Of a stretch of 64,000 nucleotides of DNA, positions 19,957 to 29,094 are shown piece by piece (position 1 is the stretch's first letter; every line of letters starts with the position of its first letter). A program made the position numbers and the translations under genes. The stretch comes from an uncultured delta proteobacterium. Lineage in GTDB: Bacteria > Myxococcota > UBA727 > VGSZ01. The stretch is taken from contig CAVZJB010000017.1 of NCBI GenBank assembly GCA_963775425.1, positions 160,001 through 224,000 on the forward strand, read 5' to 3'. The notes beneath the pieces were generated by a model. It was not told where the DNA came from. It saw only the letters and a program-made list of their open reading frames with translations, and did no database searches.

Positions 19957-20871
19957 GTGGCCGAGCCCGATTACATGGTCTTGTTGAAGCTCGACGAGGC
20001 CGAGCTGCAGAGCCGTCGTGCTTTTTTCGAGATCACCGACGAGGACCTCGCCCTGCTCGCGTCGATGCACGGCTTCGCCGAGAAGCACATGGACGAGTTC
20101 GTCCAGGAGCTCTACGTTCTCATCCTCGGCCACGCGGAGTCGCGCCGCGCGTTCCCCAACGACAGCGTGCTGCGGCACGTGCAGCGCGCGCAAAAGGAGT
20201 ATTTCCTCGGCGTCTTCGCGGGCAAATGCGACCTCAACTACGTCGAGAATCGCTTGCGCATCGGCATCGCCCACGAGCGCGTGGGCATCGCGCCCAAGTG
20301 GTACATCGGCGCGTACGGCCGCTACCTGCGGCTGCTCCTCGCCCGGCTCGTCCGCGACGTCCCCGAGCCCGGCATGGCCCACAAGGTCTTCGCCGCCGCC
20401 ACCAAGCTCATCGCGTTCGACATGGCCCTGGCCATGGACACGTACATCGCGGCGCAGCTCGACACCATCAATCGCCACCAGGCCGCCATCCGCGAGCTGT
20501 CCACGCCGGTCATCCAGGTGCACGCCAAGGTGCTGCTGCTCCCTCTCGTCGGCACCGTCGATACGCAGCGAGCGGAACAGGTGATGGAGGCCGTGCTCAC
20601 CAAGGTGGTCGAGCACCAGGCCGCCGTCGTCATCACCGACATCGCCGGCGTCGCCGTCGTCGACACCAAGGTCGCCGACCACCTCCTGCAGACCACGGAG
20701 GCGGTCCGCTTGCTGGGCGCCGAGAGCATCCTGACGGGCATCTCGCCGCTGGTCGCCAAGACCATCGTCAAGCTCGGCATCGACATCACCGCGATGCACA
20801 CGAGGAGCCGCCTGGCCCAGGGGATCGAGCTCGCGCTGCAACTCGTGCGGGAGCGCGGGGAGGACGCGTGA
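19957..20871 (+). CDS. rsbR: Stressosome RsbR with N-terminal protoglobin sensor and STAS domain
   Basis: RIGIAHERVG globin motif; ELSTPVI, GTVDTQRA, DIAGVAVVDTKVA with conserved phospho-Thr; AGGAG RBS. Confidence 0.9.
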   Translation: MAEPDYMVLLKLDEAELQSRRAFFEITDEDLALLASMHGFAEKHMDEFVQELYVLILGHAESRRAFPNDSVLRHVQRAQKEYFLGVFAGKCDLNYVENRLRIGIAHERVGIAPKWYIGAYGRYLRLLLARLVRDVPEPGMAHKVFAAATKLIAFDMALAMDTYIAAQLDTINRHQAAIRELSTPVIQVHAKVLLLPLVGTVDTQRAEQVMEAVLTKVVEHQAAVVITDIAGVAVVDTKVADHLLQTTEAVRLLGAESILTGISPLVAKTIVKLGIDITAMHTRSRLAQGIELALQLVRERGEDA

Positions 20872-21233
20872 GCCCCATCCCGATCCTCCGGGTCGGCGGC
20901 TCGCTGCTCGTGACGGTGCAGGTCGATCTGAAGGACACGCTCGCCGACGCGTTCCAGGAGGACGTGCTGAGGGCCCTAGACGCTTCGGACGCCTCCGGCC
21001 TCGTCATCGACATCACCGGCCTCGACTTCGTCGACAGCTACGTCGCGCGCGTGCTCGCTGAGACCGGCAAGATGGCCAAGCTCATGGGGGCGAACACCGT
21101 TCTCGTCGGCATGCGGCCCACGGTGGCGGCCACGCTCGTGCGCATGGGCTTTCACATGGAGGGCGTGACGACCGCCCTCGACGTCGACGCCGGCCTCCTG
21201 CGCCTCGACAAGCTTCGGTCCGAGGAGCGATGA
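20868..21233 (+). CDS. rsbS: Stressosome RsbS (STAS)
   Basis: IPILRV, IDITGLDFVDSY (phospho-Ser), GMRPTVAATLVRMG. Confidence 0.9.
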   Translation: MSPIPILRVGGSLLVTVQVDLKDTLADAFQEDVLRALDASDASGLVIDITGLDFVDSYVARVLAETGKMAKLMGANTVLVGMRPTVAATLVRMGFHMEGVTTALDVDAGLLRLDKLRSEER

Positions 21234-21646
21234 CCGCGACGGTCCTTTCCGAGGAGAACCTGCCCATCTCGTGCGAGGATGACGTCGTCGTCGTTCGCAC
21301 CAAGGCGCGCGAGCTTGCCGAGCGCGTCGGCTTCAATCCGTTCGCCACCGCCGCCATTGTCACCGCCACGTCCGAGCTCGCGCGCAACGCCTGGCGCCAC
21401 GCGCGGACCGGCACCGCGCTCGTGTGCGTCATCGAAGAGCGCGGACGCACGGGCGTGCGTGTCGACGTCGACGACCGGGGCCCGGGCATCGCCGACCTCG
21501 AGCGCGCGCTCGCCGGGGGCAATTCCACGGTGCGCAGCCTCGGCCTCGGCCTCGCGGGAAGCAGGCGCCTGGCGGACGACTTCTCCATCGAGTCCGTCGT
21601 CGGCAAGGGCACCCACGTGAGCTTCACCAAGTGGAAGCGTCGCTGA
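21230..21646 (+). CDS. rsbT: Stressosome kinase RsbT
   Basis: TATSELARN, DRGPGIAD, GNST..LGLGL, DDFSIES. Confidence 0.9.
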   Translation: MTATVLSEENLPISCEDDVVVVRTKARELAERVGFNPFATAAIVTATSELARNAWRHARTGTALVCVIEERGRTGVRVDVDDRGPGIADLERALAGGNSTVRSLGLGLAGSRRLADDFSIESVVGKGTHVSFTKWKRR

Positions 21647-22650
21647 TCGACGTCTGGCTCCCCGAGCCAGACGTCCTGATCCTCGACGAGGCTTCCGTGG
21701 CGGTGGCGCGCGAGCGCGTGCGCGCGGTGGCGAAGGAGGCATCCCTGCCGGTGCTCCTCGGTGAGACCATGGCGCTCGTCGCCAGCGAGCTCTTGCACAA
21801 CCACCTGCGCCACGCCTCGGGCGGCCGCTTCCTCGTCCGCGTCATCGAGAGGGACGGTGTGCGCGGGCTGGAGGTCATCGCCGCCGACCGCGGCGCCGGC
21901 GTCGAAGACCCGGCCGCGGCCATCGAGGGCGCGCACGCGCGGACGAGCACGAAGCCGTCGAGCCTGGGCGCCGGCCTGGGCGCCGTGTTCCGCTTGAGCG
22001 ACGAGGTCGACGTCGACATTCGCGTCGGCGAGGGCACCTGCATCCGCGCGCGCAAGCTCGAGCAGCCGCCGCGCTTTCGCTCGGAGGTGGGCATCTACGC
22101 GCGGCCCTGCCCCGGCGAGCGCACCTCCGGCGACGACGCCCTGTTCGTGCGCGACGGCGGTTGTCTCGCGCTCGTCGTCGCCGACGGGCTCGGCCACGGC
22201 ACCAAGGCGCGGACGGGGGCGGCGCGGGCGGCGGCCCTCGCGAGCGTGTCGCGCGCGCCCGACGAGACGCTCCAGGAAGCGGAGCGCGCCCTGCAGGAGA
22301 CGCGCGGCGCCACCGTCGCCGTGATGCGCCACCAGCCACAGGCCGGGACGCTCGAGCACGCCGGCATCGGCGACGTCGCTGCGCGCGTGGAGTGCGGACG
22401 CAAGACCGTGGGGCTCCCCGGCCAGGCGGGCACGGTCGGCGTCGGCCGCATGCGCGGCAAGCGCATCCGCCTGGAGTCGGTGCCCGTCGACGCGGGCGAC
22501 TTCGTCATCGTCACCACCGACGGCGTGGCCTCCGCGGGCGGCGCCGAGCGCGTCGGCCTGCGCCACCCCATCCTCGCGGCCCACGCCCTCGTCGCCGGCT
22601 ACGGCCGCAACACCGACGACGCCCTCGCCGCCGTCGCGCGCCTCGCCTGA
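21631..22650 (+). CDS. HATPase + PP2C/SpoIIE phosphatase fusion (RsbX-like)
   Basis: ASELLHN, DRGAG, LGAGLG, then SGD, VADGLGHG, TTDGV, DDA. Confidence 0.85.
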   Translation: MEASLIDVWLPEPDVLILDEASVAVARERVRAVAKEASLPVLLGETMALVASELLHNHLRHASGGRFLVRVIERDGVRGLEVIAADRGAGVEDPAAAIEGAHARTSTKPSSLGAGLGAVFRLSDEVDVDIRVGEGTCIRARKLEQPPRFRSEVGIYARPCPGERTSGDDALFVRDGGCLALVVADGLGHGTKARTGAARAAALASVSRAPDETLQEAERALQETRGATVAVMRHQPQAGTLEHAGIGDVAARVECGRKTVGLPGQAGTVGVGRMRGKRIRLESVPVDAGDFVIVTTDGVASAGGAERVGLRHPILAAHALVAGYGRNTDDALAAVARLA

Positions 22651-22665
22651 CCACCCCGTGAGGAC

Positions 22666-23499
22666 TCACAGGCCGAGCGAGCGCAGGGTCGCGTCGACGT
22701 CGGCCACGTAGCCGCCGCCGAAGAGCCGCACGTGCACCATCAGCGGCCACAGCCGGTACACGCGCGCGCGAACGTCGCGTCCCGGGCGCGGCGGGCGCCG
22801 CTCGAAGTAGGCGGGCCAGAACGCGCCGTCGGCGCCGAAGAGGTCGAGCAGCGAGAGATCGAGCTCGGCGTCGCAGAAGCAGGGCGCGGGATCGACGAGG
22901 GCGACGACGTCGCCGCCCTTGCACAGCACGTTGCCGCTCCAGAGGTCGCCGTGGACGAGGCGCGGGCGATCCGGGGCGTCGATGACCTCGTCGATGCGCC
23001 TCGCGAGCGCCTCGAGCCGCCGCGCGAGCGGCGGCGGGAGAGCGTCGACGAAGGCGAGCAGCCGATGCTCGGCGAAGAACGCCGGCCACGAGGCGGTCCA
23101 CGGGTTTCGCTGCACCAGCCCGCCGATGGCGGTGTCCTCTTCGAAGCCGAAGCGGGCCGCCGTGACGTCGTGCAACCTGTCGAGCACGGCCGCCAGCGAC
23201 ACCGGCGCGCCCGGCCGCCCATCGACGCGCTCCATCACCAGCGCGCGCGCGGTGACCGCCACGACGCGCGGCACCGGCGCGTGCGCCGCGAGGAAGCGCA
23301 GCGTGCGCGCCTCGAGCTCCGTGGCTGACGGCCCCTCGTGGCTCCCTCGAGGGCGCTCATCGAGCTTGGCGACGAGGCCGTCCACCTCGAGGACGGGGCC
23401 GGTGTGTCCGTGCGCGAGCGTGCGCCACGCGCCCGGCGGGCGACCGAGGGCCTCGGCGAGGGCCCCGCCGATGGATGCGGCGCGGGCGTCGTCGCGCAT
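22666..23499 (-). CDS. Fructosamine/ketosamine-3-kinase family protein
   Basis: FGFEEDTAIG..QRN, LVHGDLWSGN, DPA, HVRLFGGGY. Confidence 0.9.
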   Translation of the reverse strand: MRDDARAASIGGALAEALGRPPGAWRTLAHGHTGPVLEVDGLVAKLDERPRGSHEGPSATELEARTLRFLAAHAPVPRVVAVTARALVMERVDGRPGAPVSLAAVLDRLHDVTAARFGFEEDTAIGGLVQRNPWTASWPAFFAEHRLLAFVDALPPPLARRLEALARRIDEVIDAPDRPRLVHGDLWSGNVLCKGGDVVALVDPAPCFCDAELDLSLLDLFGADGAFWPAYFERRPPRPGRDVRARVYRLWPLMVHVRLFGGGYVADVDATLRSLGL

Positions 23500-23548
23500 G
23501 GCGCACTCTACCGCCGCGCGGCGCGGGCGGCGGACGGCAGGCGCGGCG

Positions 23549-24784
23549 TCACCGCGTCTCCAAGCACTCGATGGGCTTGAGGCGCGCCGCCTTCACCGCG
23601 GGCCACGCCGCCGACGCCACCGTGACGACGACGCCAATGGCGGCGAACGCGATGACCTTCTCCGGGGACAGGTCCGGGTAGATGTGCAGATCGAGCGGGA
23701 CGCCGCCGGCCTCCATGGCCTGTCCGCCCGCGAGCTTGCTGAAGTCGAGCCCATGGATGGACGCCAGCGCGTTGGCCCCCACGCCGAGCGCGGTCCCCAA
23801 AAGCACGCCGCCGACGCCGAGCAGCGACGCCTCGTACACGACGAGCGCGGCGAGCTTCTTCGGCGTGAAGCCGAGCGCGAGCATCACGCCGAGCTCCGGC
23901 AGGCGCTCGAGCACGCTCATCAGCACGGTGTTCGTGATGCCCATGGCCACGATCACCGCGATGACGATGAGCAGGATGTAAAGCCCGGCGTTGTCGTAGC
24001 GCACCCACTCGGCGAGCTGCGGCAGCGCGCGGTCCCACGACAGCACCTCGACGTCGCGCCCCGCCAGAGCCGTCTTCACCCGCGCCGTCAACGCCGACGC
24101 GTCGTGGTAGCTGCGCGTGTGCACCGAGAGCTGCGTGACGTCGCCGTCGAGCGCGAGCAGCTTCTGCGCCGTGGCGAGAGGGACGTGCGCGAAGAAGCCG
24201 TCAATCTCGTCGATGCCGACGGAGAAGATGCCCTTCACGTGAAACAGGCGGCTCTCAATCTCGCCGCCCCGCTGCGTCATCAACACCACCTTGTCGCCCA
24301 CGCTGACGCCGAGCGTCTTCGCGAGGGTCTTGCCGAGGACGATGCCGTCCGGGGCGTCGTCAAGGTAGGTGCCGGCGACGAGCTTGTCGTCGATGTCGTT
24401 GACCTGCGCCTCCGGGCCCGGCTGCACGCCCACCAGCGCCACGCCCGACGAGCCGTGCGGCGCGGTGAGCAGCCCCTGGAAGAACACCCGCTCGACGACC
24501 ACCGCGTCCTTGGGCGCCGTCGCGCGCAAGTGCGCGGCGACGGCGGCGGTGTCGGGCACGACGATGTCCACCTCGCGCTTTTGCTGCCAGCCCCTTCCCT
24601 GCACCACGACTTCGCCCGCAGTGGCCTTGATGCCGGCTTCGATCATCTGGCCGTGCGCGCCGTCGGCGAAGCCGCTCGAAAACACGAGGAGCGCCAGGCC
24701 GAACGCGATGGCGCTCGACGTGATCAGCGTGCGCCGCGTGTTTCGCAGGAGGTTTCGCACGGCCAGCTTGAGCAACAACCCCAT
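23549..24784 (-). CDS. ABC transporter permease (LolE/FtsX/MacB-like)
   Basis: RNLLRNTRRTLIT; NTVLMSVLERLPELGVMLALG; AARLKPIE. Confidence 0.92.
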   Translation of the reverse strand: MGLLLKLAVRNLLRNTRRTLITSSAIAFGLALLVFSSGFADGAHGQMIEAGIKATAGEVVVQGRGWQQKREVDIVVPDTAAVAAHLRATAPKDAVVVERVFFQGLLTAPHGSSGVALVGVQPGPEAQVNDIDDKLVAGTYLDDAPDGIVLGKTLAKTLGVSVGDKVVLMTQRGGEIESRLFHVKGIFSVGIDEIDGFFAHVPLATAQKLLALDGDVTQLSVHTRSYHDASALTARVKTALAGRDVEVLSWDRALPQLAEWVRYDNAGLYILLIVIAVIVAMGITNTVLMSVLERLPELGVMLALGFTPKKLAALVVYEASLLGVGGVLLGTALGVGANALASIHGLDFSKLAGGQAMEAGGVPLDLHIYPDLSPEKVIAFAAIGVVVTVASAAWPAVKAARLKPIECLETR

Positions 24785-24791
24785 GGCGACC

Positions 24792-26066
24792 TCAGTGCTG
24801 CCTCATCGCCGCCACGGGCTGCAGCCGCGCGGCGCGGATTGCGGGCCAGATGGAGGCGAGGAGGGAGACGATGAGCAGCCCGGCGAGCGTCTCGACGACG
24901 CCCTCGATGCGGAACGCGCCCTTGAGCACCGGCGGGAACGAGGCGCCGCCGAAGCTCCAGTCGCCGATGACGCCGGTGAGGTCGAGCCCGTGGTGCACGA
25001 GGTATGCGTCGGCGCCGAGCCCGAGCGCCGCGCCGACGACGCCGGCCACGCCGACGAGGACGAGCGTCTCGAGCACCACGAGCGCCACCAGCCGGAGCGG
25101 CGTGAGCCCGAGGGCCAACAAGACCCCCAGCTCGCGCGCGCGCTCGAAGACGCTCATCAACATGGTGTTGAGGATGCCGAGGGCCGCCACGCTGAACACG
25201 ATGAGCAACAACAGACCGTTGCCGAGGTCCTGGATGCTCAACATCTGCGCGATGAGCGGGCTCACCTGACGCCAGGAGCGCACGAGGAGCTTCGGCTCCT
25301 CGGGGTGCGCGAGCGCGTACGACGACGCCGCGCCGTTCACCTCCGCGACGAGCTTGTCCACGGAGTCGGCGCTCGCACCGTTCACCGCAATCTCGTGGAC
25401 GGCGCTGCCGAGGACGAGCAGGTCGCGGGCGTCGTCGATGTGCATGTACGCCGCGCCGCGGTCGGTGATGACGTTGCCGGACTTGAAGACGCCGACCACC
25501 TCGTACAGGTCGTTGCCGAGCGAGCCGTCTGCGGCCTGGGTGACGGCCGCGACCTTCTCTCCGAGGCGCGCGTGCAGCGACTCTGCGAGGCCGGAGCCGA
25601 GGATGATCTCGTGCCGGGGGCCGGGGGAGAGGTAGCGGCCCTCGGTGATCTTGTCGTCGAGGCGCGACAGCCGCGCTTCGTCCGCCGGCACCACGCCGAT
25701 GAGCTGAGCGCCCGCGGAGCGCTGCGGGCGCCCGGGGAGATCGTCGACGCTCACGAGCGCGTAGCCGAACACCCGCGCCGACACCGCGCGCGCGTCGGGG
25801 AGCTTCGCGATCTTCTGCGCGAGGCCGTCGCCGTCCTCGATGACGTCGCCGAGGGCGCGCTCTCCGGGGAACGCGGGGTTGTGCACCTGCACGTGGCCGA
25901 TGCCCTCCGTGACCATCTGCTCGAACGCCTGCGCGTAGATGCCGTCGGAGAACGCGATCATGGCGATGCTGCACGCCACGCCGACGGCCATGGCGCCCGA
26001 CGTGATCAGCGTGCGACGGCGCTGACGCCACACGTTGCGCCACGCGATGCGAACGAGCAGAGGCAT
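24792..26066 (-). CDS. ABC transporter permease (LolC/FtsX/MacB-like)
   Basis: AWRNVWRQRRRTLIT; NTMLMSVFERARELGVLLALG; AARLQPV. Confidence 0.92.
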   Translation of the reverse strand: MPLLVRIAWRNVWRQRRRTLITSGAMAVGVACSIAMIAFSDGIYAQAFEQMVTEGIGHVQVHNPAFPGERALGDVIEDGDGLAQKIAKLPDARAVSARVFGYALVSVDDLPGRPQRSAGAQLIGVVPADEARLSRLDDKITEGRYLSPGPRHEIILGSGLAESLHARLGEKVAAVTQAADGSLGNDLYEVVGVFKSGNVITDRGAAYMHIDDARDLLVLGSAVHEIAVNGASADSVDKLVAEVNGAASSYALAHPEEPKLLVRSWRQVSPLIAQMLSIQDLGNGLLLLIVFSVAALGILNTMLMSVFERARELGVLLALGLTPLRLVALVVLETLVLVGVAGVVGAALGLGADAYLVHHGLDLTGVIGDWSFGGASFPPVLKGAFRIEGVVETLAGLLIVSLLASIWPAIRAARLQPVAAMRQH

Positions 26067-26078
26067 CGGCGTCGGCGA

Positions 26079-26094
26079 TGCATCGCCCGTTCCA
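26079..26094 (-). promoter_or_regulatory. Candidate sigma54 promoter (probably leaderless transcript)
   Basis: TGGAAC-GGGCG-ATGCA ends 12 nt before ATG 26066; no RBS. Confidence 0.4.
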
Positions 26095-26272
26095 CGGCAC
26101 ACCGCACCGGCGCCCGCGCCGGGAGGGTGCGCGCGTGCCAGGAAGCGCAAGCGCCGGCGCGAGATGGCACAGGCGGCTGACAACGCGCGCCACGGCGGCG
26201 CGCCCACACCGGGAAGCGGCGCGCCACGCCGGGAGGCGGCGCGCGCCGCGGGGACGTGCCCGACGCCCACCC

Positions 26273-26288
26273 TGGCGCCGGGTTTGCA
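26273..26288 (+). promoter_or_regulatory. Candidate sigma54 promoter (probably leaderless transcript)
   Basis: TGGCGC-CGGGT-TTGCA ends 12 nt before ATG 26301. Confidence 0.55.
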
Positions 26289-26300
26289 CACCCGGGTGCC

Positions 26301-27047
26301 ATGCTCGTCCTCATCGCCGCCGCCTCCGCGAGCCTCGCCGTCGCCGCCCCACGCGCCGGCGGCGAGCGAGACGCCCGGACGATCGTCGCCCACGCCGTCG
26401 ACGACCTCTACCGGGGCGCGTCCAGCGTCGGCACGCTCGAGATGCACGTGAAGACGAGTCGCTGGGAGCGCACCCTCGAGCTGCAGCAGTGGTCACAGGG
26501 CACCGACCGCTCCCTCATCCGCGTGCTCTCGCCGAAGAAGGAGCGGGGCGTCACCACCCTCAAGGTGGGAAAGGACGTCTGGAACTACCTGCCCAAGGTG
26601 GATCGCGTCATCAAGGTCCCCGCTTCGATGATGTCCGCGTCGTGGATGGGCAGCCACTTCACCAATGACGACCTCGTGCACGAGTCGCGCTTCGCCGACG
26701 ACTACGAGCTCGCCGTCCGCGAGCGGCCCACGGCCGCCGACGCGCGCTGGTTGATCGAGGCGACGCCCAAGCCCGACGCCCCGGTTGTCTGGGGCAAGGT
26801 GACGTTGGCCGTGAGCGCCGGCGACCTCTTGCCGATCGAGGCGAAGTTCTTCGACGGGCGCGGCGCCCTGGTGCGGACCATCCGCTACAGCGATGTCGAG
26901 GACGTCGGCGGCCGCAAGATCCCGATGCGCATGACGCTCATCCCCGCGGACAAGCCGGGCGAGAGCACGGAGGTGGTGTGGAAGACGCTGAGGTTCGACG
27001 TGAATCTGCCGGCGAGCACGTTCTCGCTTCAGGCGCTGAAGCGCTGA
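26301..27047 (+). CDS. Outer-membrane lipoprotein-sorting protein (LolA-like)
   Basis: Signal peptide; SPKKERG..TLK, WNYLPKVDRVIK, SWMGSHFTNDDL, FSLQAL. Confidence 0.88.
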   Translation: MLVLIAAASASLAVAAPRAGGERDARTIVAHAVDDLYRGASSVGTLEMHVKTSRWERTLELQQWSQGTDRSLIRVLSPKKERGVTTLKVGKDVWNYLPKVDRVIKVPASMMSASWMGSHFTNDDLVHESRFADDYELAVRERPTAADARWLIEATPKPDAPVVWGKVTLAVSAGDLLPIEAKFFDGRGALVRTIRYSDVEDVGGRKIPMRMTLIPADKPGESTEVVWKTLRFDVNLPASTFSLQALKR

Positions 27048-27739
27048 CGGAGGCGCAGCCCGACGTCGTCGTCGAGGGGCTCAGGAAGGACTACGCGCAC
27101 GGCGCGTTGGCCGTTCACGCGCTCCAGGGCGTCGACCTCGAGCTCGCGCACGGCGACTTCGCCACGCTCATGGGCCCGTCGGGGTCCGGCAAGACCACGC
27201 TCCTCAACATCATCGGCGGGCTCGACGCCGCCACCGCCGGCAGGGTCGTCGTCGCCGGGCGCGACCTCGCGACCATGAGCGCCGCGGAGCGCTCGCGCAT
27301 GCGCCTGCAGCACCTGGGCTTCGTGTTTCAGGCCTACAACCTCCTCCCCGTGTTGACGGCGTTCGAAAACGCCGAGCTGGTGCTCCTGCTGCAAGGCCTC
27401 GACAAGGGCGAGCGGAGCAAGCGCGTCACCGCCATGCTCGACGAGGTGGGCCTGAGCGGCTTGTACGACCGCCGCCCCGACGAGCTGAGCGGCGGCCAGC
27501 AGCAGCGCGTCGCCGTCGCGCGCGCCATCGTCGGCACACCCGCGCTGGTCCTCGCCGACGAGCCCACCGCCAACCTCGACTCGCAGACCTCGCACGAGCT
27601 CATCGACACGATGCGGCGCCTCAACGAGGAGCGCGGCGTGACCTTCCTGTTCGCCACGCACGATCCCCTCGTCATGGAAGGGGCGCGGCGCGTGATCCGG
27701 ATGAAGGACGGGCATATCGTCGAGGACCATCGAACATGA
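27044..27739 (+). CDS. ABC transporter ATP-binding protein (LolD-like); start uncertain, possibly CTG overlapping the upstream TGA
   Basis: GPSGSGKT, GFVFQ, LSGGQQQRVA, LADEPTANLD, ATHD. Confidence 0.92.
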   Translation: MTEAQPDVVVEGLRKDYAHGALAVHALQGVDLELAHGDFATLMGPSGSGKTTLLNIIGGLDAATAGRVVVAGRDLATMSAAERSRMRLQHLGFVFQAYNLLPVLTAFENAELVLLLQGLDKGERSKRVTAMLDEVGLSGLYDRRPDELSGGQQQRVAVARAIVGTPALVLADEPTANLDSQTSHELIDTMRRLNEERGVTFLFATHDPLVMEGARRVIRMKDGHIVEDHRT

Positions 27740-28917
27740 CCCCGGCGGCGCTCCTGGCGCTGCTGCTGGCCGCCGGCGCAGGCGATGACGGTGACGACGT
27801 CTTCGAGGCCGGCGCGAACGCGAAGTCCTTCGCCGTCGTCGTCGCCCCCGACGACGCGCTCGGCATCCCCAATCCGCTGTTCGTAGGCGCGGCGTTCGGC
27901 CGCCTGAAGCTCGCGCTCCACGGCGGCGACATCGTCGACGGCTCGCTGCAGCCGGTGCTCGTGGCGCAGACGCCGCTGTCCGGCGCCGGCACCGCTCTCA
28001 CCGGCCTCGGCGGGAGCAGCGAGCGCGCGCAGGTCGTGGACCTCGCGTGGCGCGCCCACGGCGGCGCGCTGTCCCTGTCCGTGGATCGCGCGAGCCTGAC
28101 GGCGCACGTCCCCCACGCCGACGTCACGCTCGGGCGCCAGGCGGTCTCCTTCGGCCGCGGCGTGTTCTTCACGCCGATGGACCTGGTGGCGCCGTTTTCG
28201 CCCGCGGCGCTCGACCGCGAATACAAGCCCGGCGCCGACGCCGCCCGCGCCGACGTCTACTTCGGCACCTCCGGGGCGCTCACCGCCGTGGCCGTGTACG
28301 GCGGCGCGTGGGCGCTCGACGAGAGCATCTTCGCGGCGCACCTGCGGGCCACCGTCAGGGGGATCGATCTCGGCGCCTTCGCGGCCGGCGCCTACGGCGA
28401 CACCGTGCTCGGCGCCGACGCCGCCGGCGACGTCGCGGGCGTCGGGCTCCACGGCGAGGCGACCGCGACGCTGCCGCACGACGGCGGGCGCGCGTTCCTG
28501 CGCGCCACCGCCGGCGCCACCACGCAGCTCCCTGCCAACGCAGAGCTCGTCGTGGAGGCGTACCTGCAGACCCTCGGCGCGACGTCGCCCGCGGGGTACC
28601 TCGCCGTCGCCCGCAGCGCACGGGCGGCCCGCGGCGAGCTCTGGCTCCTCGGCCGCGTGTACGCGGCCGCGCTCCTGTCGTGGCAGGTGACGCCGCTCGT
28701 GCGACCGGCCGCGTTCGCCCTCGCCAACCTCGAGGACGGCAGCGCGCTCCTCGGGCCGAGCCTGTCCTGGTCCGTCGCCGACGACGTCGAGCTCGTGCTC
28801 GGCGCGGAGGTGCCGGTCGGCGCGCGGCCGGCCATGACCCCGTCGGGTCCGGCGCCGCGCAGCGAGCTCGGGCTGTACCCGACGCTCGCCTTCGGCGAGC
28901 TCTCCGTTGACCTGTGA
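27736..28917 (+). CDS. Hypothetical exported beta-barrel-like protein associated with the LolA-like exporter
   Basis: Signal peptide; VTLGRQAVSFGRG..F.PMD..LDRE.KPGADA pattern; alternating beta-strand character. Confidence 0.7.
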   Translation: MTPAALLALLLAAGAGDDGDDVFEAGANAKSFAVVVAPDDALGIPNPLFVGAAFGRLKLALHGGDIVDGSLQPVLVAQTPLSGAGTALTGLGGSSERAQVVDLAWRAHGGALSLSVDRASLTAHVPHADVTLGRQAVSFGRGVFFTPMDLVAPFSPAALDREYKPGADAARADVYFGTSGALTAVAVYGGAWALDESIFAAHLRATVRGIDLGAFAAGAYGDTVLGADAAGDVAGVGLHGEATATLPHDGGRAFLRATAGATTQLPANAELVVEAYLQTLGATSPAGYLAVARSARAARGELWLLGRVYAAALLSWQVTPLVRPAAFALANLEDGSALLGPSLSWSVADDVELVLGAEVPVGARPAMTPSGPAPRSELGLYPTLAFGELSVDL

Positions 28918-29066
28918 GCGCGGCGGTCTGGGCGGCCGTGAACAGCCGCGTGAAAGGCGGCGCGACGCCGGCGCATTTGCCACGGGGCGCCGCGTCCCTG
29001 CGCACACCCTCGAGCTCCCGGCCCGGTCGGGCGCTGGACGTGGCGAGGCGGGAGCGCAGCGCCGGC

Positions 29067-29082
29067 GGGCACGCTCTTCGCT
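29067..29082 (+). promoter_or_regulatory. Candidate sigma54 promoter (leaderless asnB)
   Basis: GGGCAC-GCTCT-TCGCT ends 12 nt before ATG 29095. Confidence 0.4.
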
Positions 29083-29094
29083 ATTTGCGGACCC

